Below, one piece after another: positions 22,901-30,775 of a DNA stretch of 39,593 nt (position 1 is its first letter; every line of letters starts with the position of its first letter). This DNA is from Octopus bimaculoides (lineage: Eukaryota): assembly GCF_001194135.2 (NCBI RefSeq), contig NC_068984.1, positions 16,904,260 through 16,943,852 on the forward strand. The letters are read 5' to 3'. The position numbers and the translations under genes are program-made. The notes under the pieces were generated by a model. It ran no database searches, had not been told where the DNA came from, and saw only the letters and a program-made list of their open reading frames with translations.

Positions 22901-25426
22901 AAGAAATAATTTCTTTGATTTGTATGAACTATAGTGTGTTACATAATTTTTAATAAAGTTATATGAATATATTCATAGTTATAAATAAAATGATACAGGT
23001 GACATAAAATGTGAAAGATGATAAGCCACCAAAGGACTTTCTATATGGTCACTCAATTTGCTATAAATATCAGTCAAATTTTCCTTCTTTTCTGCCTTCT
23101 GAAAAAAGAGGGACACATCTGACAATGTAATACTAGATATGCAATACTGAAGAACAGATGGGATGATCAAGACGGGAACATCTCTGATCCTAAGTCCCTG
23201 TTCTGTCAGAGTTGATCTGAGCTAAACAACAGCAAACAACAACAAATGTGGAGATGAAAACTACTCACCTTCCTGATCCCAGAACCCCCCACAAGTTTCC
23301 AGTTTGCTGTAGCATCTTTGCCTTGTGAAGAGAATATTTCAAAGAAAGAGCCACCCTAGAAAATAAATGTTATTAAGAAATATCATATATCATCAAGTCA
23401 GTCTTTATTTGTCTACAGAGAATTCTGTAGCTAAGTCACAGAGGTCCTCACATGTTTTCATGGGAGATAATATTTCCACATGGCCAGACAAGTTTTCACA
23501 GAAGATTGGAAACAAAGGACACTGCTTGTATGATGGAAATTACAACTACTTTGAAACTGTCACAATTACAACTACCATGAGGTATCAAGACAAGAAGACA
23601 TTAACACACACATACAAATATATATATATATANNNNNNNNNNNNNNNNNNNNNNNNNNNNNNNNNNNNNNNNNNNNNNNNNNNNNNNNNNNNNNNNNNNN
23701 NNNNNNNNNNNNNNNNNNNNNNNNNNNNNNNNNNNNNNNNNNNNNNNNNNNNNNNNNNNNNNNNNNNNNNNNNNNNNNNNNNNNNNNNNNNNNNNNNNNN
23801 NNNNNNNNNNNNNNNNNNNNNNNNNNNNNNNNNNNNNNNNNNNNNNNNNNNNNNNNNNNNNNNNNNNNNNNNNNNNNNNNNNNNNNNNNNNNNNNNNNNN
23901 NNNNNNNNNNNNNNNNNNNNNNNNNNNNNNNNNNNNNNNNNNNNNNNNNNNNNNNNNNNNNNNNNNNNNNNNNNNNNNNNNNNNNNNNNNNNNNNTATAT
24001 AATTGTAAATGCATATATGGGTACAGGACATCACCAACGGTGCAAATAACATGAAATATGTAAACAAACAAGTCAAATATGCAAACAAGGAAAAAAATGG
24101 AAAACAGGAAAAGTAAACACAGAAAAAGGACCCTTCATCAGTTGTTGGCTGTCCATCCACTCCTCCTTTCGAGCATTCAACGACAATATGAGTTTTCAAA
24201 GACAGCTGCTCCCACAAATTCTAAAATAAAATTTAGGATTTATGGAGGGTCGAAGTTGGGAACGAAAACCTGAGACATACAAGGATGCCAAACAAAAAGA
24301 TGTTTCTCACAGCGTTCACTATATTCCTCTCATTCTGGTCTAATGACCATCAATATTTGTTTTTGTTCGGTGTCCTTCTTAATACCAACCACTTTACAGA
24401 CTGGATTAAATGCAATTTTTGTGCCATGGCACTCAATAGCTTGCAAGTTAACAAACTCAGGGAGGGAAGATGTTACCTCTGTATGTTAGCTGGTGGTTAA
24501 GGTATGAGGAAGAGGTTGGAATATAGCAGATTCCTGCAAAAGGTTCTAGAAGTTTTGACTAATTCTATAAAAACTGGGAAATTGAGCTCCTGGATAGAAC
24601 CTCAGGTGCTACACAAAACTCTATCAGTCAATTTTGTAATAAGGTGTTCTCACTTTTTCAACTTATCCTGTCTTTATAACTGTGAATGATTCTCATGTAA
24701 ATAACTAAAATATTTTATGCAATTTCTTTCTTTCTTTCTTTACTTGTTTCAGTCATTTGACTGCAGCCATGCTGGAGCACCGCCTTTAGTCGAGCAAATC
24801 GAACCCAGGACTTATTTTTTTGGAAGCCTAGTACTTATTCTATCAGTCTCTTTTGCCGAATCGCTAAGTTACGGGCATGTAAACACACCACCGTCGGTTG
24901 TCAAGCAATGTTNNNNNNNNNNNNNNNNNNNNNNNNNNNNNNNNNNNNNNNNNNNNNNNNNNNNNNNNNNNNNNNNNNNNNNNNNNNNNNTGGGGGGGGG
25001 GGAACACAGACACACAAACATAATCACACACATATATATGACGGGCTTCTTTCAGTTTCCGTCTACCAAATCCACTCACAAGGCTTTGGTCGGCCCGAGG
25101 CTATAGTAGAAGACACTTGCCTAAGGTGCCACGCAGTGGGACTGAACCCGGAACCATGTGGTTGGTAAGCAAGCTACTTACCACACAGCCACTCCTGTGC
25201 AATGCAAACTTTTAATTATCCTTATCTTAAGTATGCTGTTTTATTCAAATAACTGTTGCACATATATAAATGCAAGTCTCTCAGGTGTTAAAAAATATAA
25301 GCTTTTAATCTCAGGGACTAGACAACATCAACAACAACACTATTGGGATTGTCATTAAATTCATTTACAGATTAAATTTTGAATACCAATAAAGTCAATA
25401 CAAACCTGGTACTCATTCTTGTACAT
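326..25426 (-). CDS. CFAP20DC: CFAP20 domain-containing protein (C3orf67 orthologue), 15 coding exons in window, 3'-incomplete
   Basis: Spliced translation begins MYKNEYQGGSFFEIFSSQGKDATANWKLVGGSGIRKIYEKEVKGYIYNLEGSTSTTKMILPKDSRQSLVLIQHFLIFQLFLGRGQDFSLELGLIDLGNNKRRILLSTAQREIQCTPLHAKVPLLKIKRGVWINLCVDLVSAVNDLWKNQTFKAVDIITVSASCRLRRIFTMK. This matches my recollection of vertebrate CFAP20DC (MFKNEYQGGAFVEIFS...SANCKLRKIFTLK). All 14 introns are GT-AG with consistent phases; exon lengths sum to 2367 nt. Confidence 0.92.
605..795 (-). mobile_element. Possible Penelope-like element terminal fragment
   Basis: AACGTTTCGAGCCTACACTCTTC motif typical of Penelope-like termini; a related segment lies at about 9975-10105. 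Confidence 0.4.
797..978 (+). mobile_element. RTE 3' tail fragment
   Basis: Near-identical to 30-215. Confidence 0.85.
1281..1754 (-). CDS. CFAP20DC: CFAP20DC coding exon 14
   Basis: ttatag|RVQSGGKVKGGLGDLLYSARGAKPEDDFVLSDSDEE...ESTVE|gtgag; 474 nt, phase 0-0; matches ORF 1215..1751. Confidence 0.88.
2345..2738 (+). mobile_element. RTE ORF2 C-terminus plus 3' tail
   Basis: Degenerate translation RPWKTWDKVLKANLKTL...EDQD, homologous to RPRKTWAEVVRQDLRTL...DRD of ORF 6225..7184; followed by the tail and (GAT)n. Confidence 0.8.
2757..3175 (-). mobile_element. tRNA-derived SINE, family A (internal CA/TA microsatellite)
   Basis: Minus-strand head AGGAGTGGCTGTGTGGTAAG...GGTTCATTCCC (Pol III A/B boxes), then CCTTGGGCAAGTGTCTTC core, microsatellite and 3' body. 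Confidence 0.85.
4429..4534 (-). CDS. CFAP20DC: CFAP20DC coding exon 13
   Basis: ttacag|(R)GENSDQSDYVYLFTSSPKSAPKYSHSPVQENDSAG|gtaag; 106 nt, phase 2-0. Confidence 0.85.
5557..5689 (-). CDS. CFAP20DC: CFAP20DC coding exon 12
   Basis: tcctag|(V)EMDESLSAIIAMLKDRNDLNTDTSDVNQYIDEHNQSSDNEDGI|gtaag; 133 nt, phase 1-2. Confidence 0.83.
5746..6152 (-). mobile_element. RTE 3' tail
   Basis: Reverse complement of the tail family, starting at the (CAT)n run. Confidence 0.85.
6181..7184 (-). mobile_element. 5'-truncated RTE LINE spanning an N gap
   Basis: ORF2 end RRLRWYGHVVRMEEDSCVKKCHTLTVEGTRGRGRPRKTWAEVV...LWKWAVCEK at 7184-6849. Gap at 6268-6848. Tail and (GAT)n at 6267-6181. Confidence 0.88.
8585..8972 (-). 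mobile_element. tRNA-derived SINE, family A
   Basis: Full-length paralogue of 2757-3175; imperfect flanking duplication GCCAACTCCTCT / GCCACTCCCTCT. Confidence 0.85.
9076..9621 (-). CDS. CFAP20DC: CFAP20DC coding exon 11
   Basis: aatcag|(G)TSMLFKPHPPREPSTEKNRRKIRVKSTSSDR...QLPRKP|gtaaa; 546 nt open, phase 1-1; matches ORF 9050..9613. Confidence 0.9.
10108..10328. mobile_element. piggyBac-type MITE
   Basis: Ends CCCTTTAGCATT ... AATGCTAAAAAG followed by TTAA; inverted paralogue of 19139-19721. Confidence 0.65.
10355..10403 (-). CDS. CFAP20DC: CFAP20DC coding exon 10
   Basis: tattag|RLSVEKNVQSTSSKIA|gtgag; 49 nt, phase 0-1; needed to restore frame between exons 9 and 11. Confidence 0.8.
10781..11140. 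mobile_element. MITE-like element with 62-bp terminal inverted repeats
   Basis: 10781-10842 versus the reverse complement of 11079-11140: 56/62 identical. Confidence 0.7.
11410..11582 (-). mobile_element. RTE 3' tail
   Basis: Reverse complement of the tail family with (CAT)n. Confidence 0.8.
11630..11703 (-). CDS. CFAP20DC: CFAP20DC coding exon 9
   Basis: acctag|(D)SKTKKLIAFGSKTSLPVQRKSSKE|gtttg; 74 nt, phase 1-0; contains the IAFGSK motif. Not in the ORF track. Confidence 0.85.
12148..12590 (+). mobile_element. tRNA-derived SINE, family B, interrupted by a nested SINE
   Basis: AGCTGGCAGAATC...GAGTTCAAATCC head and GGTCAACTTTGCCCTTCATC body. A different SINE (minus strand, about 12305-12535, head GTGGAGGTGCACGGCTTAGTGGTTAGG) splits it. 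Confidence 0.7.
12758..13253 (-). mobile_element. Dimeric SINE, family B, with 10-bp TSD
   Basis: Two head-to-tail units; GAGACAATAA at both 12748-12757 and 13254-13263. Confidence 0.85.
14142..14265 (-). CDS. CFAP20DC: CFAP20DC coding exon 8
   Basis: ctccag|IINIRKIQHEEKLNNMENGNISWEASGNRNEFQHSSSMSDT|gtgat; 124 nt, phase 0-1. Confidence 0.82.
14517..14862 (-). mobile_element. RTE 3' tail
   Basis: Reverse complement of the tail family, including an ORF2-end-like module. Confidence 0.8.
16150..16672 (+). mobile_element. RTE ORF2 end and modular 3' tail
   Basis: LGLTEAMISDQDFWRYAVLEK-like segment present twice (about 16152 and about 16374), then the tail and GATGATGTTGATG. Confidence 0.8.
16744..16826 (-). 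CDS. CFAP20DC: CFAP20DC coding exon 7
   Basis: tcatag|(E)DVGNCQLEFDYIPKQCQFVNDVQTSTQ|gtaag; 83 nt, phase 1-0; resembles the recalled human IIPRSCQLMTDV segment. Confidence 0.88.
16856..16925. repeat. (TA)n(CA)n microsatellite
   Basis: Directly visible. Similar runs at 2945-3010, 7838-7875 and 8201-8255; (GA)n at about 26040-26093, 35365-35410 and 35596-35640. Confidence 0.95.
17130..17790 (-). pseudogene. RTE apurinic-type endonuclease fragment
   Basis: Minus-strand FMVGDFNGHVG...FDGVHG...LLEFCDAND and IDYVLTRK, with frameshifts and stops; overlaps in homology with 33330-33560. Confidence 0.82.
18362..18427. repeat. 14-bp minisatellite (TGCCAAAATGGCTG) x about 4
   Basis: Directly visible tandem units. 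Confidence 0.85.
18544..18700 (-). CDS. CFAP20DC: CFAP20DC coding exon 6
   Basis: tttcag|WINLCVDLVSAVNDLWKNQTFKAVDIITVSASCRLRRIFTMKLPPYETPDEN|gttag; 157 nt, phase 0-1. Confidence 0.93.
18877..18991 (-). CDS. CFAP20DC: CFAP20DC coding exon 5
   Basis: ttccag|LIDLGNNKRRILLSTAQREIQCTPLHAKVPLLKIKRGV|gtaag; 115 nt, phase 2-0. Confidence 0.93.
19139..19721. mobile_element. piggyBac-type MITE carrying an internal insertion
   Basis: TTAA-CCTTTTAGCATT at 19139 and AATGCTAGATGG-TTAA at 19721; body matches the reverse complement of 10108-10328. Confidence 0.7.
19301..19675 (+). mobile_element. Helentron-like non-autonomous element
   Basis: Starts AACAAGAGCACTCAGAGAG and ends with the hairpin CTCTGCCTT-CGCT-AAGGCAGAG (19648-19669). 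A 5' subterminal look-alike TTCTGCCAAAGC is present. Inserted at an AA/TT site without a clear TSD. Confidence 0.55.
20105..20177 (-). CDS. CFAP20DC: CFAP20DC coding exon 4
   Basis: tttcag|(L)VLIQHFLIFQLFLGRGQDFSLEL(G)|gtaag; 73 nt, phase 1-2. Confidence 0.93.
21132..21466. repeat. Unclassified ~330-bp repeat, copy A
   Basis: Collinear direct homology to 22565-22902, roughly 80% by eye. Confidence 0.8.
21570..21663 (-). CDS. CFAP20DC: CFAP20DC coding exon 3
   Basis: ttctag|IYEKEVKGYIYNLEGSTSTTKMILPKDSRQS|gtaag; 94 nt, phase 0-1. Confidence 0.93.
21821..22206 (+). mobile_element. tRNA-derived SINE, family D, with 8-bp TSD
   Basis: A box TGGCCCAGTGG, B box GGTTTCGATTCC; GTATATGG at 21813-21820 and 22207-22214. 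Confidence 0.85.
22565..22902. repeat. Unclassified ~330-bp repeat, copy B
   Basis: Collinear direct homology to 21132-21466. Confidence 0.8.
23269..23355 (-). CDS. CFAP20DC: CFAP20DC coding exon 2
   Basis: ttctag|GGSFFEIFSSQGKDATANWKLVGGSGIRK|gtgag; 87 nt, phase 0-0. Confidence 0.93.
24725..25200 (-). mobile_element. tRNA-derived SINE, family A (contains N gap)
   Basis: Paralogue of 2757-3175. Confidence 0.85.
25406..25426 (-). CDS. CFAP20DC: CFAP20DC coding exon 1 (MYKNEYQ)
   Basis: ATGTACAAGAATGAGTACCAG followed by GTTTG donor; phase 0. Confidence 0.9.
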
Positions 25427-26269
25427 ACTGCAGATAAGTTTCCTGCATAAATAACATAAAAATATGAATTAATATATTTATAGATTAGCTGTGTAATTTC
25501 ATGAAATATAAACAACTGCAAAAACAAACATCACAAGCTAAAGTGGTTGTTTGACCTGCTAGAAATAGCAGTCAATTCTTCACTTTACACTTTGCTGTCT
25601 TTAAAAAGGGGAAATATATGAAAGGTGTCTGGATAAAAGGTGGGGGTGGTGTGGCTGGAATGCTTTTTCTCTTAGGTGTGATAAATCAGAACTCTTTTTG
25701 AATTAAACGCGAACAACAACAAACATCAGTATACAGGTAAGAAATATTTTGTTGGCATATGAGATAAAGGTAAATGAGGTCATGTCTAAAGAGAAATATG
25801 GAGTGGAAAGCAAACAGGAAAGTGACCAGGATGTATGAAGTAAGACATTGAAATAATATTTAAAAAATGCTCAGGTGATCAACTACATAAAACAAAGGTG
25901 TTTTGCAGCTTGAAGCTAATTAGTTTGGCATTTGATCAGTTCACCTAAGCCTAAACAATAACAAATCAATCAATTAAATTAGATTTATTATTGGTTTACA
26001 TTGGTCTGAACAGCAATTATGCTTACATTATAGACAGACAAAGAGAGGGAGAAAGAGAGAGGGAGAAAGAGAGAGGGAGAGAGAGAGAGAGAGATATTAG
26101 ATATAAGAACTGGCTTCTAAGGCTCAAATGGAACCCAGCTATCAGGTTATACAATTATTTAAATTCCAAAGTATTTGAACAGGACCATGCAACTATGAAT
26201 ATGGTTTCAATACATCCAGAGTTCTTGAGGCAACCTTCCTACAGTCTGAAGGTATAGTCTTCTCTCTTC

Positions 26270-28200
26270 TGTGCATTGTAGTATGTTTATAGTGTATGCA
26301 TTGTCTTCTTTCACAAGTTCTATGTACTAGGAGAGCTAACCATTTCTTTATGCAACAGACACCCTCCATACACAATATGTGTCTGTACCAGTTCAGTTCT
26401 CTCTCTTGCACACTACATCTAATTCCCCTTTATCAAGTTTTTCTCTCTGCTCTGTTGTTCATGTACACAAATATTACAAATCAAGCATGCTCAACTCATT
26501 TCTTTTCAAACTTCATAAATCCTCTCCATTTAAGGTCCACATCTCACTAACATGTAGCATCACAGTTCATAAACAAACATTATACAATCTGCACTTGTCT
26601 CTGAAAGAGAGAGAGCATCCCTTCAGAGCCAGGAAAATTTATAGCTCCATGAATGATTTTTTCCTCTACCCTTGCACTAGCAACTCTATGCTTTCAGAAA
26701 CTCACCCTTTGCTGCTCATTATATCATCTATTTCTAAGGAGTCTTCCCTGTCCAGGCATTTAACAAATTTACTCTATGTGTACTCCGAGTACTAACTTCT
26801 CATGTATGAAGTCTACCTTCCCCTTCCATGTCAGCCTACCTGTGATCCTGTCATATTTCTGATGCATCTATAGTTTACCCTAGTGGTTTCCAAACTTTTC
26901 ACTACCAAAAACCCCTTTTATTTAAACAAGTTTTCCCACGGACCTCAAGATACTGAAAGGTCTGTCAGCTTAACATGTTCATGGACCCCCCCCCCAGTAC
27001 TACCTTTGTGGACCACAAGTTGGGAACCATGGTTTACACCATAAAGAATTCCTACCAAATGTTTTTTCCTACATATCAAACATGGCCACTTTCCTATAGG
27101 GTTCTGCCTCCTTTCCTACTGCCTAAAACTTTAGCCTTTGCTACATTTACTCTCAGGCCTCTTGGTCCTAGGTTTTGCTTTCATTACCTCTCAATATCTT
27201 TAACTGATTTAGCTATGATGGCTAGGTCACTGGCATACAAGAATTCCCACTGGCAACAGGTCTCAAACTCCTCTGATCTAGCTTAGGGAACTATGGTAAA
27301 ATTATAAACAGAAAAGAACTAAGAACTGTGCTCTGAGTTACACCAACCAGAAGGCTAAATTCTTTGCTGAATTCATTCATAACTCGTTTTGGTGGGTCTT
27401 CACAAACCATCTGCCTTTTCTTAGTGACCAACAAACAAGCATGAAATCCTGTCAAAAACATTCTACAGGTGTACAAAAGCTAGATATAGGGGCTAACACC
27501 TTGTTACGTACTTCTCTTCTGGTTGTCTTACTCAGAAGAGGGCATCAATAGACTCCTGCAGTGGTGCTATCGTCTTTCAGGAACTTTCTTAACCTGGTCC
27601 ATCAATTTAATACTTCTGTAGTTAGTTCACTCTAAAGCATCTCCTTTCACTTTGTAATTTTTATTACGACTGCTCTGACAGTCACTGGGTATGACACCTT
27701 CTTGTACTATCTGACTGACTACGCCAGCGACTAGTGCATTACCACACCAACTGTTTAAAAAGTACCTCAGTGACTATCCTTGCTAGGTCAAATGCGTTCT
27801 CCTGCGTAATATTTTTAATCATACCTTCGACAGCATATCTGTCAACTTCAGTGGCTATTCCTTTTGTCGGTCTCTTTGGAGTAAACTGTCTCTCATTCAT
27901 GCACTCTTATCACTCAACAACTTGTTTCCATAGCATTTGCAGGGTTAGTCAGAGAGGGCATAACATACTACTATCATTTCATGCACACTGCTAAACAACT
28001 CGATTCTATCCAGTACACTAATTTGCAATCCAGAACGTTTCACACTTCAGATCTTCTCCTCGCAGAACATGTGCATGCCTCCTACTTTTGGCTTTTCACA
28101 TTGCTATCATTATTGACGTTAAGCTTCTCTTCTAGCTACTTAATATTGTTGTTTGCTCCCCAACGTTTCTCCAGTTTATCCAGGCCTGTACCTTAGCTTT
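26270..28200 (-). pseudogene. Old degraded RTE LINE ORF2 (linker, RT and C-terminus)
   Basis: Minus-strand remnants in order: IVTEVLF, STIDALF*VRQPEEK, GVTQSTVLSSFLFII, WEFLYASDLAIIA (degenerate YADD at 27226-27237), GLRVNVAKAKV, GKWPCLICRK, QERELNWYRHIL. Confidence 0.8.
26881..27031. mobile_element. hAT-type MITE inserted in the RTE relic
   Basis: Ends TAGTGGTTTCCAAACTT / AAGTTGGGAACCATG; 8-bp TSD GTTTACCC / GTTTACAC. Confidence 0.75.
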
Positions 28201-28320
28201 TAAGGTTCTACCTACAATACTATTCCACCACCGTGTCACTCACCTCTCATTTTGCATCAACCACAGATCCATGGTCTGTCTATCTATCTATCTTTACATT
28301 TCAATTATATATATTTCTTA

Positions 28321-28471
28321 GGCATAACTACAGGGTTTTACCCGCCTCTTAGGCATAACTACAGGGTTTTACCCCCCAGACTTTGGGAGGTCATAATTTT
28401 CAGAAAAATTTTCTGAAAGTTATGACCTCCCAAAGTCTGGGGGGGGAGGGGTAAAACCCTGTAGTTATGCC
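28321..28471. mobile_element. Palindromic MITE-like element with duplicated left end
   Basis: Nearly spacerless inverted repeat 28350-28473, plus a 25-bp copy of its left end at 28319-28343. Confidence 0.75.
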
Positions 28472-28574
28472 TATTCTTATTTACTTTTTTTACCACCCTA
28501 AACTTGAAGATTACCTATATAAGCATATATAAATTCATAACTGTAGCACTGTACGACTATATATCAATACATAA

Positions 28575-28870
28575 TTACGCGCGCGCGAACAGTAACTACG
28601 GCGAAATTGTCACTGTCGCTTAAAAAGAAAATTTGCAGCGACAAGCTAAATATTAAAAAAAAAAAAAACTGACAGCTAGACATGTTACCTGTTGCATTAG
28701 ATTTTCAAAATATCCCTGCTATTCGCTGGTGAGAAGCTTTTAGTGAAGTGTAAATTTTGTTTAATCCTCGATACTATTAACGCTTTCCATGTAAATAATC
28801 CGAATGAAAGTGCTTTCGGTAGTTGTGGCGATAATCATAAACAATTAGAAGTAGGACAGTTTTAGGAGAT
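28575..28870 (-). promoter_or_regulatory. Candidate promoter and non-coding first exon of CFAP20DC
   Basis: Local CpG enrichment (including GCGCGCGCG at about 28578) in otherwise CpG-poor DNA. Consensus-like donor CAG|GTAAC at 28689. The ATG exon is preceded by an acceptor (AG at 25443-25444 or 25428-25429), so an upstream exon is implied. Confidence 0.4.
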
Positions 28871-30549
28871 CGGTGCTTAAGGGAGATAACTATAGTTAGA
28901 GAAAATACAAACTGTAGCTTCTAATTAGTCAGATTATAAAAGAACTGTTGCAAGTGTTGTCTGGTTTGTAAGCCAAATAAAGCTATAATCTATAACATCG
29001 AAACAGTGTATCTTTTTAATAGATTTATTAACAACAAATAATTAGCTATCTTTAGAACAGAGAAAATAAAGAGATTAAACAAATCAATGAATTTTGAACA
29101 GTGTTTCTCCACGTACTATTTCCTAAGACATCTGTAACTTAGATAGCTGGAACATCGATATTTTGGTTACTTGGTTGGACTAGTTTAAGCTGCATGCTGC
29201 TTCTCATATAAAACTAAGTCGATTTTAGGTTTTCTATAAGATCATTTATTTATACATAAACATAATGATCCCATAGGTTACTGCTGGCTATATAGCTGAT
29301 TACCAGTAGAGTTATGTATGTTGCGTTTAGCTAAGAACTAGCTTGCTACTTATTCGTGTGGCGAGAGGCGAGAAAGTTCAGTGTTAATGATAGACAAATG
29401 ATTTTTTTTAACCCGAGATCGAGGAGTGATCAAAAATCCTGTCCTCTTAAGCCTCTGCTCTGATTGTGTGACACACGACCCAATTTATAATAATGTTTTG
29501 GCGGGAAGTCATGGAAATTTCTATTCGAAATCATTAAGACCGAATGACCACAGTAGAAACACTATGGCCTAACAATTAAGCTATGATCACTTGATATGCT
29601 ATGGCCTATTTCTCATTACTGAGCCAACGTAATTTCAAATCTCAATTTTGCTGCACATTTTTTCTTTGCGTATAGCCACTCACCATCAGAGGGTACAGGC
29701 AGAGAAGGTTCCACAGAAGACAGGCTCTCCGCTAGATAATACAGAGATCCAAAAACTAATTTTACTCTATCAGCTGACTCACAATCCCATATCCTTTCTT
29801 CCCTAACTTTATAAACGGTGCTTCAACACAATTCCGCAAAACCAGCAGCAATTTCCTCTTCCTCTCCACCACCAGCATCTCTAAGAGTCTACTAAATTGA
29901 ACAAGAATACATCGAGTGAATAATACCACACCATAGCTCAACTTCATCCAAGTTACCCCCAATAAACAAACCAAAATTCTAATTCCTTTCTAAACCTTTA
30001 TCCTAATCTCTCCTTGCTAATCAGTATAAATTATTCTTGAAAGACAGAATAATGTCTTGGATAATTTTTAATGCTTGTATTCCTTCCAAATAAATGAATT
30101 TCACAGCCATAGAACTTTGGTCATTATCTTGTAGCTTATCCTTTAATTCGTACACGTAAGCTTTTGCTTCAAATGCCATGAACCAGGTTAAGATGTCTTC
30201 AATTGACTGTAAGTTTATGTCACCAAGAGATTTTCCTTGCTCTATCCACGATGCCACCGTCAAGTTCTGTTACTTGTTTATTTCAAAAAGCACAGGTATA
30301 GGAACAAGAATCAAATAGGCATAAGCTGCGAATTTCTATCTCGCCATAGTGGAAGCACAACCAACAGCAGAACGCATGGAGAAAGAGTAACATCAACCAT
30401 AATTCTGTAACATGTAACCAAAAAATCAATATATCATAGTAGCGTAGTTCTGAAAGCTATTGTAATCTACTACTTGAATCCTAATCTGGCAGGTAAGCTT
30501 GCTAATCACTTATGCTCAATTCTTCCTTTCCTATCCATGTTATTATCTC

Positions 30550-30775
30550 TACTGGCTTGTAAAGCAGAGAGATCTAGCAGAATTGCTACCGTGCCAGGCA
30601 AAAATGCTTTGTGGCAATTCTGGTTTCATGTTCTTAGTTCAAATATAGCTGAGGTCAATTTTATCTTTCATCTTTTTGGGGGTCATTAAAATAAGCTCCA
30701 ATAAAATACTGGGGTTGATAATATCAACTTATACCTCCCCTAAAATTGCTGGCTTTGTGACAAAATTCAAAGCCA
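30550..30775 (+). mobile_element. Degraded SINE, family B
   Basis: AGCAGAATTGCTACC...AGTTCAAATATAGCTGAGGTCAATTTTATCTTTCATC...ACTGGGGTTGAT. Confidence 0.7.

Noticed and set aside
28600-29520. RFX X-box expected for a ciliary gene
   Set aside because: Only half-sites were seen (for example GCAACAGGTAAC); no canonical 14-bp palindrome.
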